NCBI GenBank assembly: GCA_016839055.1
Contig: JAEKNX010000014.1
Span: 68,051 to 132,050, forward strand
Reading direction: 5' to 3'
DNA length: 64,000 bases
Source: Spirochaetales bacterium
GTDB lineage: Bacteria; Spirochaetota; Spirochaetia; UBA9216
In this document: one piece after another, positions 1-10,180 of the stretch
Numbering within the stretch: position 1 is the stretch's first letter
How the letters are laid out: each line of letters starts with the position of its first letter
Program-made: the position numbers and the translations under genes
The notes under the pieces: generated by a model
Databases searched by the model: none
Told to the model about the DNA's origin: nothing
Seen by the model: the letters and a program-made list of their open reading frames with translations, nothing else

Positions 1-3000
1 AGAATGAAATTATCCTGATCATTCCCGCTTCCTGCGAACAGCCGCAGCCCGGTAAATATTTCAATCGCGATGGCGGGCTCATCATTTATAACCAGTTTGC
101 GGCCGTAGTCAGCATCAATTACATCGATGAGTCCAGAGGGAATGAGGTTTTCATCCGTCTCGGCCGAGGCAAGGTATTCTTCCGACAGAAAGCTCCTCCA
201 GTGGTCATTATCGGCCGAGATCTCTGATTCAAGGTAACCGGCGGCCCGGCCTGATAGATCACGACGGGCATAATTCAGGGCTAATTTATCAGACAATGAA
301 CCTGCGCCGCTCCAGAGTTCTCTGTTTATGGTTTCCGCAGCCGCCGAGAAGAAAACCTCGTTAACGCTCATGGCAGACTGCTGATTTAATCTGGAATTAT
401 TTAGCGCGCGGGTCCTGTTGAAGGCCAGGTCTTCAAGAATGGTCGAAGCGTCAACAACAGAGAGGCCGATACCGACCATAAAAACAGGATCATCCCATTG
501 TCCGGCCGGATTCGTCCTGAACCGATTGTACCTGCAGCGCTGCCTCTGAATAAGGTTTTCATCTTCCTTGTATTTCGCACTCAGATATTCCTCAAAGCTG
601 CCGTGTATCAGCGGCCTGTATATTCTGATATCATTCTGAAGATTAAAAAGCTCGAGAAGAGAGTCTTTATCTCCGGCTGACAATCCGTTTAAACTCTCGA
701 GCCTCATCTCAAGGCTTACCGTGGTGTAATCACCATTAATAATTTTCTTCTTCAGGTGATGGAGGGCGGCCTCTGGCTCCTGATCAAGGAGGAACCAGAG
801 GCGCTCTTCGGCATCTTTCCCGCTGAAATTCTGAAGCGCCTCGGCTTCGAGCGCTGAGACCGCGCCCTTCTTATCCAGGAACCAGGAGGCAAAGGAGGCT
901 GCCTCGGCGGCAGAGTATCCTCCGTCTTCGATCATGAGGGCTCCGAGACTGTATGAAAGAATTTTTGCGTACAATCCGCCTTCAGGGAGAGATGCAAGCC
1001 TTGAGAGAGCCGGAGCCTGCTCATTAAGCGCATCATTATACCGAGCCATGTAAGAGGCATAATCGGCAGCGGTGGTATCAATCCATCCCCTTAGTGCTTC
1101 GGCGGTTTTAGAATCTCCTCCGAATATCCACTCATCTCTAAATGCCTGTTCATCATAGCCTGCACCGTCTGCTGCCGTTCGGCACTTCCAGAACAGGTTC
1201 CAGAAAAGATCTTCTCCGCCGAGGCTTCCGGGGTCAAGAAAATCAAGCGCGGTAAACCATGTTTCGAGACCGGCGTCAGGGCTGCCGCCGACGCTGCGAA
1301 GCAGAGCTTCATCTTCAGCGCTGAGGGCGAGGCCCTCTGTAAGGTCATCGAGTAGATCATCGAATGAATAGTCTTCGTCATAGAAAAGCTCTGTTTCAAA
1401 ACTATCATTTATCAACTTCAGACTGGTGAAAGCCCTAAGCATTCCGTATCCTCCGCCTTCGGCGGCACCTCTGAACTCATCGTTCCAGAGAGCCAAGGCA
1501 AGCTCTGCCGGGTCGGCCCCGCTCAACCTCGAGCTGAAGAGCGATAGTTCGGCGTCACTGTAATAACGCCCGGCCGCGGCCTCGGCCAGATTGAAACCGG
1601 CGTCCGCCCACAAAAGGGGAGCATCTGAGGCAACGAGCACATCCAGTTCCCGGAGGACGGTCTCTCCGCCGTAAAGCCAGTCAAGCTCAATATCGCCTGG
1701 CAGTCCGTCCTCGGCATTCGCCGGCATCAGGCCGTCAATTCGCTGAAGGAGCTTAAGCTGCGGAATATCAACCATGCTTCTTTTTTCCGGTATCAGTGAA
1801 AGGGCCTCATCAAAGCCGATGGAGTTCCATATGGCGGCCTGATAGATCTCCAGCCAATCCTCAGGAGCAGCGCTCCAGTCCGTAGTCTCCGGGTTTTCAA
1901 TAGCCTTCGCCAGGGAATAACTGCCTCTGGCCCGGCTCAGCATTTCATCGGTATGGGAGATGATACCGCTTTTACCCGACAACTTTATATCAATAAGATA
2001 CTCATCAAGAAGCCTGCTCCAGGACTCCGAAGAATCATCGAAGAGGGGCTCAAGAAGAGCCTTCCGTGCCAGATCGAAGCCGACGGTATCATACAGCCGG
2101 TTCTCGGCATCCGAGGCGAGTGCGGCCGGCACGCTCTTTGATTCGGCAATCATCCAAAGCTTCAGCCCGTCATCACCTCCGGCCTGAAGGCTTTTAATTA
2201 CAGCTTTGCCTTCGGCAAGGGCTGTGGAAAGACTCCTTATTTCTCCGTTCAAGCCGGTTAAATCTACCGGGATATCTCCGCCCCAGCTTGCCGCGGCCTT
2301 TAAGGACGCGTAATCTTTGAGCTCATTAATGCAGCCGCTTAAAATTTCCCTAAGGTATGACGGCAGAAAGAGATCTTCGGTTGCCTCATCAAGATGCCGA
2401 AACCAGGCCGATACCTCGGCTACAGAAGAGAAACCCCTTGAATTCCAGAGGGCATCGGGAGCCCGGAAGGTCTTTGTGCCGACATCAAGCAGTCCTTCAT
2501 CCGAAAGAAATCCGAGAAGCTCGGAATATGACTGCTCATGACTCATAAGCGAAAGTACCGGCGCCGTGGTTCTACTTTTCCTTACCGCTTCGGCAATTGC
2601 CAGCTCCTGCTGCTTTTTAGATACCCGGTCACTAAAGAGGTATGTGTATAGATCCCCCTCGGAGGCAATGAGACTGTGACCTCCGCTGAGATAGTTACCG
2701 AGGAAATTGAGCCTGTCGTCAGAATTAGAAGCAAGCAGGGCTGCCTCAAACTCATCGAGATACTCCGACAGCTCACCTGCCCTCTCAAGTTCAGCCTTCA
2801 GGCCTGCGAGTGAGTCAATAATCAGCGCAATTTCCGCGGAAACATCATTATCCGACGCCTGGCTTCCGCTCATTGATCCTATTAAAGATTTTCTATAATC
2901 CCAGATTTTCTGATATGCCTGAAATTCATCAAGCTGCCCGGGAGATTCAGGCCCGCCGGAGCTCCAGTCATAGAGAAGGAAGTCGGCCGTGCTCCCCGAA

Positions 3001-6000
3001 TTGATATGACTGTCAAAAAGCGACATGATTTCAGCATAGACACCTAGATCCTCCGTTATCGAGGGAATAAGTCCGTCCAGCGGCCCGGAATCCGGCTCTG
3101 TAACCAGGCCGTAAATATCAGAGATTGATTCTCCCTCACTGGCTTTAATACCGGGAAAATACCGGGCCGCAAAACCAATAAAATCATCTGTCGTGTGAAG
3201 CCTTATTTCGGCAAGCCGTGTTTCATAGTCGAGAGAACATTTATTTATTACTTCCCTGACAATCCGCTGCATATTCCAGAGAACTTCGGCTGGAGTTCTG
3301 CCTGCCGGATTATGATACTCATCAAAAAGCTCATTCATCTGGATATAGCGGTAATCATCGGGCTTTAGAAAAAGACTGCTTTTAAGATATTCATTAAAAT
3401 CGTTTACGAGGTTTGCCTCGCCTATAAAACAGAAAGCCGGGTTCTCACAAGCAGAATCGGTTGTAAATCCGGCTTCAGAAGAAACCATCATTCTATCATG
3501 AAGCTCCGAGAACCCCGCCGTTCCAGGGTTGAAAACCGGATCTTCATAGACCGTACTCTCGGCCCCGCTTAAAAGATATACAAGCCGTTCCGACAGGAGT
3601 GAAATTCTATCATCCAGGCCGTACTTCTGCGCGGCAAGCAGATATTCCTCGAAGGCAGTACCGAGCCCGCTCTCCTCTTTCTCGGAATCCATTCCGTATG
3701 AGGCAAGCAGTTCTCTGTAGAAGGTAAGATATTGATCAGAGAGATACTCAGGATTGCCGACAAAAAGATCAGTTACCATCTCCTTATACTCAGTCCGGGC
3801 GTCAGCAAGCCGGCTCTGATAACCGTCAATCTCAACCTGAATTGCGGCCATGCTTTCATGCTTTTCCTCGAGACCTATGCCGATATTCGCAAGGTTTTCA
3901 AGTAGTCGGTTATACTCTCCAATAATCTCATCATAGTCGGCTTTGGCCTTATTAAGCCGGGCCTTTGTTGCTTCGGCGCTTTCCTTTAAGGATGTATTAT
4001 CGGCGGCATAATCATAGACCGCCTGAGAGATCTGCTGCTGCTTCTCCCAATACTGCTTGTAGGCGCCGGCTTTCAGCAGCTCAACCTGCCAACTATCGAG
4101 ATACAGGCTCTCCCAGGCATCCCCGTCCTGAAGCAGGTCCTCGGACAGAAGGGACTGATCGAGTTCTTCCCCGTTAAAAGCTGTTCTGAGTGACCTGTCA
4201 TCAAACACTACTATCCCATAGGTTTCAGCCAGGCTTTCCTGACTACTCAGAGCATAGGACTGATAAGTGCCAAACAGCTCGGTCCAGTAGAGAGCCTCTC
4301 TCAGCGAGGCGCTCCCGGCCTGGCTTCCGGAGATAAGACCTCGGATCTTTTCAAAAATATCATCGAGAGCACTTGAGAACAGACCGAACTTTAACGCTCT
4401 TGCTGCCCCGGATAGCTGCGAGTATGACGAGTAGGAAGCGAATGCAGCCTCTTTGTCGGCCAAGCTCAGGTTCTGGGCCCAGAGCGTTTCAGCCTCCCCG
4501 CTATAATTACTCTCAAGCCAGTCCATGGCGTTGAGAATAGCGGCCTTATCGCCGAATGATGTAATGGAAGAATAGCCCTTTTCGATATTCTTACGCCTCA
4601 TTGACCAGAGATGGAAATCGACATCCCGTGAATCAAACGATCCCTTCTCTCCGCCGTCGAACTGATCCATCCAGTATTCCCAGCTCGATCGCGCGGTCCT
4701 CATCATATTGACCGACTGCAGCAGCATTCCAACCAGGTTGTCCATGCGGCTCTGAAGCGATCCCTGGCTGGACTCGATGCTTAGGTCTAGTTCGGCCAGG
4801 GCATTATCGATAACTGTCTCGAGCTCAAGACTTTCCTCGGCCCAGAGCCTGTTGCCTTCTTCGAGCGTCTGCCTGTAAGTGCTCATCCACTCCGATCGTT
4901 TTATACGCAGATTTGAAAAAGCTTCGACCCAGGCTTTTTCACCCTCGGATATTTCTTTTCCGGCCGTCTGCTCCCACTCTATCCTCTCCATCAAAAGCGC
5001 CTCCTCGGCGCCATCCCAGCGGGAAAGCCCGTCGGAGAGGAGACTCTTGAAAGATTCCTGCCACTGCCGGGCATCAATTATCCCGCCGGAAGTCTGAACC
5101 TCGCCTACTTGAACATTCAGCCCCTCTACCAGAGCGTTCATCTTTGAGTTAAGGGCAGCCTGGGTCTCAGAGATTAGTTCATTTGAAACATTGGACGCTG
5201 TCTCCTGCCCGCTCAAATGCTCGAGAGATCTCTGGTCATAGAGCCGCAGCTTTGTAAATCTGCTCTGCTCCATATAATAAAGCCGGTAGAGCTGTCTGCG
5301 GTATGACCGGCTGTAACTATCAAAATTCCCCTTATACGCGCTCTCAAGCCTGGAACGCAGCTGCGGATCGGATACGGACGCAAGCAGGTCGGCGTGAGCG
5401 GTAAGGGTCCGGTTCTGCCAGGCGGCCAGCAGATTATCAATAACCGTCTTTACGCCTTCGGTCCACAGCCGTTTCTCACCCTTGGAGACGAGGCTTTTAT
5501 TACCAAATTCATCTACCGAATAGACATCCTCATATCCGATCGTAGTTTTATAAACTATATTCCCGTCGCCATCACGTACAAGTCCGCCGCTTGAATCTCT
5601 CTCATAAAGATATTCGTAGTTAAGATTTTCAATCTCGTTATCAAGCACCCCGAGCGACGGTGGAGAGCTTTCATTAAAAAACCGACTGCTGAGCCAGGCG
5701 GCCAGCCGTTCTTCAATTATATCGTTTAACTTCTTTTCGGCTTCAGGCCTGAAGGGCGCAAGTTCAAAATCCTCCCCCATTAAAAGAAGGATCTCCTGCT
5801 CCCATTCAGAGAGCGCCGCGCTTAGACCAAAGCGTGCATAACTCAGCCATTGCTGCTGAAGCGACTGCCTGTCAGCCTTATCAAGGTAGTATTCAAGCGG
5901 AGAGGTATCAATATTATTAATAAGCTTGGATGGCTCGACTGTCTGGGCAACAACACCGTTAGATATAAAAAAGAGGATTAATACAGCGAAGATCCCCGCT

Positions 6001-6023
6001 GCTCTGAAACGGAATTTCTTCAT
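1..6023 (-). CDS. Giant (>2007 aa, 3' end beyond window) secreted alpha-helical/coiled-coil protein; reminiscent of spirochaete 'large structural protein' (TIGR04388-like) families
   Basis: ATG at 6023 after AAGGA: MKKFRFRAAGIFAVLILFFISNGVVA-QTVEP (Sec signal peptide). Hand translation at 3-260, 3900-4090, 4800-5100 and 5800-6023 is open in one frame. No ORF in the track ends in this frame, consistent with no internal stop. The family resemblance is from recollection only. Confidence 0.85.
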   Translation of the reverse strand, partial: MKKFRFRAAGIFAVLILFFISNGVVAQTVEPSKLINNIDTSPLEYYLDKADRQSLQQQWLSYARFGLSAALSEWEQEILLLMGEDFELAPFRPEAEKKLNDIIEERLAAWLSSRFFNESSPPSLGVLDNEIENLNYEYLYERDSSGGLVRDGDGNIVYKTTIGYEDVYSVDEFGNKSLVSKGEKRLWTEGVKTVIDNLLAAWQNRTLTAHADLLASVSDPQLRSRLESAYKGNFDSYSRSYRRQLYRLYYMEQSRFTKLRLYDQRSLEHLSGQETASNVSNELISETQAALNSKMNALVEGLNVQVGEVQTSGGIIDARQWQESFKSLLSDGLSRWDGAEEALLMERIEWEQTAGKEISEGEKAWVEAFSNLRIKRSEWMSTYRQTLEEGNRLWAEESLELETVIDNALAELDLSIESSQGSLQSRMDNLVGMLLQSVNMMRTARSSWEYWMDQFDGGEKGSFDSRDVDFHLWSMRRKNIEKGYSSITSFGDKAAILNAMDWLESNYSGEAETLWAQNLSLADKEAAFASYSSYSQLSGAARALKFGLFSSALDDIFEKIRGLISGSQAGSASLREALYWTELFGTYQSYALSSQESLAETYGIVVFDDRSLRTAFNGEELDQSLLSEDLLQDGDAWESLYLDSWQVELLKAGAYKQYWEKQQQISQAVYDYAADNTSLKESAEATKARLNKAKADYDEIIGEYNRLLENLANIGIGLEEKHESMAAIQVEIDGYQSRLADARTEYKEMVTDLFVGNPEYLSDQYLTFYRELLASYGMDSEKEESGLGTAFEEYLLAAQKYGLDDRISLLSERLVYLLSGAESTVYEDPVFNPGTAGFSELHDRMMVSSEAGFTTDSACENPAFCFIGEANLVNDFNEYLKSSLFLKPDDYRYIQMNELFDEYHNPAGRTPAEVLWNMQRIVREVINKCSLDYETRLAEIRLHTTDDFIGFAARYFPGIKASEGESISDIYGLVTEPDSGPLDGLIPSITEDLGVYAEIMSLFDSHINSGSTADFLLYDWSSGGPESPGQLDEFQAYQKIWDYRKSLIGSMSGSQASDNDVSAEIALIIDSLAGLKAELERAGELSEYLDEFEAALLASNSDDRLNFLGNYLSGGHSLIASEGDLYTYLFSDRVSKKQQELAIAEAVRKSRTTAPVLSLMSHEQSYSELLGFLSDEGLLDVGTKTFRAPDALWNSRGFSSVAEVSAWFRHLDEATEDLFLPSYLREILSGCINELKDYASLKAAASWGGDIPVDLTGLNGEIRSLSTALAEGKAVIKSLQAGGDDGLKLWMIAESKSVPAALASDAENRLYDTVGFDLARKALLEPLFDDSSESWSRLLDEYLIDIKLSGKSGIISHTDEMLSRARGSYSLAKAIENPETTDWSAAPEDWLEIYQAAIWNSIGFDEALSLIPEKRSMVDIPQLKLLQRIDGLMPANAEDGLPGDIELDWLYGGETVLRELDVLVASDAPLLWADAGFNLAEAAAGRYYSDAELSLFSSRLSGADPAELALALWNDEFRGAAEGGGYGMLRAFTSLKLINDSFETELFYDEDYSFDDLLDDLTEGLALSAEDEALLRSVGGSPDAGLETWFTALDFLDPGSLGGEDLFWNLFWKCRTAADGAGYDEQAFRDEWIFGGDSKTAEALRGWIDTTAADYASYMARYNDALNEQAPALSRLASLPEGGLYAKILSYSLGALMIEDGGYSAAEAASFASWFLDKKGAVSALEAEALQNFSGKDAEERLWFLLDQEPEAALHHLKKKIINGDYTTVSLEMRLESLNGLSAGDKDSLLELFNLQNDIRIYRPLIHGSFEEYLSAKYKEDENLIQRQRCRYNRFRTNPAGQWDDPVFMVGIGLSVVDASTILEDLAFNRTRALNNSRLNQQSAMSVNEVFFSAAAETINRELWSGAGSLSDKLALNYARRDLSGRAAGYLESEISADNDHWRSFLSEEYLASAETDENLIPSGLIDVIDADYGRKLVINDEPAIAIEIFTGLRLFAGSGNDQDNFI

Positions 6024-6120
6024 TTCTTTTATCCTTTGCTAAATATACTTTTAAATTGGTGTTAATTAATGTGACGTTGCCTATAAGATCAGAATATCAC
6101 GACTATACAAAGAATACAAT

Positions 6121-6152
6121 TTTTTTTATCTCTCTATTTTTTTATCTCTCTA
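6121..6152. repeat. Perfect 16-bp tandem duplication TTTTTTTATCTCTCTA x2 in divergent promoter region
   Basis: 6121-6136 is identical to 6137-6152. Confidence 0.9.
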
Positions 6153-6215
6153 CAGCAATTCCGATATGTTGAATAGTTTTAATTTCCACTTCAGGGAAGT
6201 CATTGGTTCTGAATG

Positions 6216-6249
6216 CAGCCGGGTCTGTAATTTTTTTTACTCCCGGCTG
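6216..6249 (+). promoter_or_regulatory. Stem-loop upstream of the TPR-RND operon
   Basis: CAGCCGGG(6216-23)/CCCGGCTG(6242-49) with inner GTAA/TTAC pairing around a T8 tract. Confidence 0.45.
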
Positions 6250-6296
6250 AATCAACGTGAAAAAAACCGCGTTTAATATAACAGGAGCATTTTAAT

Positions 6297-6983
6297 ATGA
6301 AGTTATCACGGAAACAGCGAAGACGGGCCTTAATACTGCTTCCTCTTTCAGCGGCGGCATCAATACTAATCTTCATCATCCTGAACCTTCCTGATGAGCC
6401 TGACGAAACTGAAATTGAACTGTATTTCAGAGCGGTAAGTGCCTATGAGGCCGGAAATCTCGAACTTGCCGTTAGATTGACCGAAACGCTGTCTAAGGGG
6501 ACCCCTTCATTTTTCCAGGCAAGGCTGCTGCTGGCAAAAGCCCTCTTTTTTTCGGACAGATGGGATGAAGCCGCAGGTATTCTATCAAGACTCCTGGATG
6601 ATTTTGAAAATTATACTGAAGCTGAAATATGGCTGATGCGTACCAGTATTCAGCAGGGCGATCTCCAAGCCGCAGGCTTTCGGGGAGAGAATATGCTTTC
6701 GAGGGCACCAGGAGATCCCCGCGTACTCGGCATGCTTGCAAGGATAGCCGAGACAGAAAACGATTACCAGAGAGCTATTGAATACTACAGCCGGGCAATC
6801 CTTTTCGAGGAAGAACTGGCAGTCAACCGGATAGAGCTTGCCAAAATATACAGTTCCCTCCTGAACCATGACGAGGCGTTTAAACATCTTGAAAAGTCGC
6901 TCGTTCTGCTCTCGGATGACAGTCCTCTCCGGCCTGGAATAATATCACTTCTTAAAAACTATAAAGGAGGAGAACCAAAATGA
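6297..6983 (+). CDS. Membrane-anchored tetratricopeptide-repeat protein
   Basis: N-terminal TM after basic stretch, TPR-like helices (ARLLLAKALF, YQRAIEYYSRAI), AGGAG RBS. Confidence 0.85.
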   Translation: MKLSRKQRRRALILLPLSAAASILIFIILNLPDEPDETEIELYFRAVSAYEAGNLELAVRLTETLSKGTPSFFQARLLLAKALFFSDRWDEAAGILSRLLDDFENYTEAEIWLMRTSIQQGDLQAAGFRGENMLSRAPGDPRVLGMLARIAETENDYQRAIEYYSRAILFEEELAVNRIELAKIYSSLLNHDEAFKHLEKSLVLLSDDSPLRPGIISLLKNYKGGEPK

Positions 6984-7438
6984 AAAAAATACTCCTGTTT
7001 CTGCTTCCGGCAGTGCTGCTCTCCTGCGCAGGCCTTCAGCACAGGAAGGCTCTTTCGGTTTACGGTACTCTGGATCCTGAAGTTCCCGTCTACCTCCGAG
7101 AAATAAAGCTGGAGCCAGAACTCATTTTAAGCGGGATATCAGCTGAACTGCCAAAGCTCATAGAAAGCCTTCTTTCCTCAAAGGGTTTCAAGCTCGCAGA
7201 ATCTCCGGAGAACAAAACAGCCGTACTCGACATCTTCCTTTACCGCGAAAATTATCAGCACGACTTCAGCACTATCGAATCGGTAACACTGACTTTAAGC
7301 CTCTACTATAATGATAGGATCTTGGTTTATCTTCTGTACACGGAGGATACAGACAAGAGCCTGGATTCCTTTTCATGGACCTTCTCTCTGCTTGAGAAGA
7401 ACATTACAGATCTGGCCGCAGCGGTTCATGAAAAATAG
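6980..7438 (+). CDS. Small lipoprotein, unknown function
   Basis: MKKILLFLLPAVLLSC lipobox; AGGAGG RBS; 4-bp overlap with upstream gene. Confidence 0.8.
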   Translation: MKKILLFLLPAVLLSCAGLQHRKALSVYGTLDPEVPVYLREIKLEPELILSGISAELPKLIESLLSSKGFKLAESPENKTAVLDIFLYRENYQHDFSTIESVTLTLSLYYNDRILVYLLYTEDTDKSLDSFSWTFSLLEKNITDLAAAVHEK

Positions 7439-8831
7439 GCTTATCCTCCTTATTTTTATAATTCCCGTTTTTCCGCTGCCTTCGATGGATATCAATCTGG
7501 CGGCCGCCGAGAGGTTTGCCCTCGAGGCATCAAAACCAATTAGAAACGGGCGGCAGCAGCTTAATTTAATGGCCTTAAACTCGAGTCTTGAGTTACGCAA
7601 TTTCCTGCCCCAGATTGAGATAAATTACTCAGACAGCCGCCAGGTAACGACTTACGCGCCCGATTCAGACAGTCTTCAGCTGGGCATAGATATTACTCAG
7701 CCCATTTTTGACGGAGGACGAGAGATCAAGTCCCGAACTTTAGCCGATATCCAGCTTCATCTACAGGCTGCCATACTCGAACAGCAGATCGAAGAACTCC
7801 GAGATCAGGTCTGGCAGCTGTTCTACGGCCTTCTCCTGAACCGCGAAAAACTCGTTCTTCAGAGGGAACTTCTCGACATATCCAGCCTGCAGCTGGCAAT
7901 ATCACTGAAAAAATTTGAACTCGGTTCACTCACCGAACTCGATTATCTTGAAGCGGCTATTGAAGTCCAGAATATGGAATTGGGGATACTTGAAACCGAG
8001 AACCAGGGAATGTCTTTAAGGCAAGACTTTGCCCAGCTGCTGGGCTTTGAGCCCCGCTATTTTTCTTTTACCCCCCTCAATTTAAAAGGGGATGTAAACA
8101 GGGAATACATGGGGCTTCCTCTCAGAATGGATGAGCTCCAGGTTTACGAGGATCTGGCCTTACGAGAAAACCTAGAGCTCTCTAAAAAAAAAGCCGATCT
8201 TAACCAGCTCAAGGCTGAACTCGAGATTATCCGCGCCTCATGGATTCCGAACCTTGCACTCGAAGCGTCATTCTTCCTGAGGGGCACAAGGTTTCCTCTT
8301 CAGCAGCCGGGCTACACACTTGCTCTAAAAATTGACTTTCCCTTTAACACTCTGCCCTCGGGACTCACCTTCGGGGGAGGACCTCAGAGTACCCTGCAGA
8401 ACTCCAGGTCAGCCAGCGGCAGAAGCAGCCTTATGCCGGATCTCGCATTCATCATCAACGAAAAATCAGCGTCTCTGAAGCTGATGCAGGCGGGAGAGGG
8501 CCTTGATGATTCGATTACCGCGATTGAACGTTCGGTTTATTCAAGCCTGGAAAAATTAAAACAAAAGAGACTCAGCCTAAACCTGAGAAGAAGCACCCAG
8601 GATCTTCAGGCTAAAAGAATGAAAATACTACAGACCCGGAGCCTGATGGGCGAGGTTACTGAGCAGGAGTTACTCAAGACACGGATTGAGTATTACGAGA
8701 AGGAGATAAACATCAGGGAAGCTGTCCTCGATCTGCTCCTCTGCGAACGTGAATTTGAACAACTCCTCGGCCTCGGACTCGGAGAACTCTCAGAGGTTTC
8801 AAAAGTGATAGAGAAAGGAGACCGTCTATGA
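7428..8831 (+). CDS. TolC-family outer membrane channel
   Basis: Likely start MKNRLILLIF at 7428 (signal peptide); two OEP repeats (LPQIEINYS...ITQPIFDGG; WIPNLALEASF...KIDFPF). Confidence 0.85.
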   Translation: MKNRLILLIFIIPVFPLPSMDINLAAAERFALEASKPIRNGRQQLNLMALNSSLELRNFLPQIEINYSDSRQVTTYAPDSDSLQLGIDITQPIFDGGREIKSRTLADIQLHLQAAILEQQIEELRDQVWQLFYGLLLNREKLVLQRELLDISSLQLAISLKKFELGSLTELDYLEAAIEVQNMELGILETENQGMSLRQDFAQLLGFEPRYFSFTPLNLKGDVNREYMGLPLRMDELQVYEDLALRENLELSKKKADLNQLKAELEIIRASWIPNLALEASFFLRGTRFPLQQPGYTLALKIDFPFNTLPSGLTFGGGPQSTLQNSRSASGRSSLMPDLAFIINEKSASLKLMQAGEGLDDSITAIERSVYSSLEKLKQKRLSLNLRRSTQDLQAKRMKILQTRSLMGEVTEQELLKTRIEYYEKEINIREAVLDLLLCEREFEQLLGLGLGELSEVSKVIEKGDRL

Positions 8832-10180
8832 AAAAGATAAGTTCGAGACTGCTCTCTGCCGTGCTTATGATGATTCTGCTTACAGGTTCCTGCGGAACCG
8901 AAAAAAAACAAACCGAAGACAAGGCTCCGCCGAGGGAAGTCACCACCTACCGGACCGAGACAAAACAGATGCAGCCGGTACTCGAGGGATTTGGAAACCT
9001 GTCTTTCAGGCATAAGGCCGACATCACCGCAGCGGTTGACGGAACGCTCAAAACAATTCTTGCCGAGGAGGGAGACTCCGTTAAAAGGGAAACAATACTT
9101 GCAGGACTCTACAACATCCAGCTTACAATCAGAGCCGAGCAGGCTGACGCGGCGCTGTTTTCGGCAGAATCAGCATATGAGCTCGCCGAGAACCGGTACA
9201 GGGAAGGCAGGCTTCAGGTTGAAAGCAGGCTTATCTCACTCGAAAAATCTAATCTTAATCTGAAGCAGAAGGAGGCAGAACTCGAATATCAGAGAACTCT
9301 GCTCAAGAATAAAAAAGAGCTGCACTCCCTCGGCGGGATTACCGAGGAGGAGCTCAAATCGATGAAACTCGCGTTTTCAGCCCTCGAAACCGAGGTTCTG
9401 GTCCTAAAAAAGGATATCCAGATTCAGAAAATCGGCTTCAGGGATGAAGATATAGAATCCTTCGGTTACCCTCTTTCCTTAAGCCCCGGAGAGAGGCGTA
9501 AAATCATCATCGATATAAACTCACTCAGCCTTCTGTCGGAACTGAAAGTTGCTGAAGCGAGAGTTAAGTCAGCCGTCACCGAATACCATTCCGCCGAAGC
9601 CCTGCTTGGCGAAATGGTGCTTCGATCACCCATAGACGGTATTGTCGGCGCAAAGTACATGGAGACCGGAGAGAGGGTCAAATCCGACAGCAAGGTCTTT
9701 ACAATCTTCGACTCCTCCGAGGTTGATTTCGTGTTCTCGGTTCCCGAAGAGATAGGCGTGCTTCTTACTGACGGCCAGGATGTCAGTCTCAGTATCGACG
9801 CGGTCAAGGATGCGCATTTCACGGCCCGGATAAGACTGATAAGTCCAACAATCGATCCTAAAAGCGGAAATATCATCGTAAAAGCCCGGCTCAACAACGC
9901 TGAGGGAGAATTCAAGCCCGGCATGTTCGCGCGCTTCTCACTAAACTACGGAAAACAGGCAGAGGTCCTTCTCATTCCTCCCGAAGCGCTCGCCCGGAAA
10001 GACGGCGGAAGGGGGACAGTGTTCAAAATCAGGGGCAGACGAGTGTATCCGGTTAACATCACCCTTGGTAATGAGTCCGGCGGATACCAGGAGGTGACCG
10101 GCGGACTGCTATCGGGCGACACCGTCGTTCTTAACCCGTCACCGATGCTGCAGGAAGGGGAGGAAATCAATGTCAAATAA
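8828..10180 (+). CDS. RND periplasmic adaptor (MFP) lipoprotein with long alpha-hairpin
   Basis: LTGSC lipobox; lipoyl halves (ITAAVDGTLKTILAEEGDSV; LRSPIDGIV), FKPGMF, GLLSGDTVV. Confidence 0.9.
   Translation: MKKISSRLLSAVLMMILLTGSCGTEKKQTEDKAPPREVTTYRTETKQMQPVLEGFGNLSFRHKADITAAVDGTLKTILAEEGDSVKRETILAGLYNIQLTIRAEQADAALFSAESAYELAENRYREGRLQVESRLISLEKSNLNLKQKEAELEYQRTLLKNKKELHSLGGITEEELKSMKLAFSALETEVLVLKKDIQIQKIGFRDEDIESFGYPLSLSPGERRKIIIDINSLSLLSELKVAEARVKSAVTEYHSAEALLGEMVLRSPIDGIVGAKYMETGERVKSDSKVFTIFDSSEVDFVFSVPEEIGVLLTDGQDVSLSIDAVKDAHFTARIRLISPTIDPKSGNIIVKARLNNAEGEFKPGMFARFSLNYGKQAEVLLIPPEALARKDGGRGTVFKIRGRRVYPVNITLGNESGGYQEVTGGLLSGDTVVLNPSPMLQEGEEINVK

Noticed and set aside
498-5594. Many short ORFs listed in the track in 0.5-5.6 kb
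   Set aside because: They are alternate-frame or antisense shadows of the single giant minus-strand CDS.
6160-6260. Possible c-di-GMP or c-di-AMP riboswitch in the operon leader
   Set aside because: Only short fragments (TGCAGCCGG, GCTGAATC) resemble them; the core consensus elements are absent.
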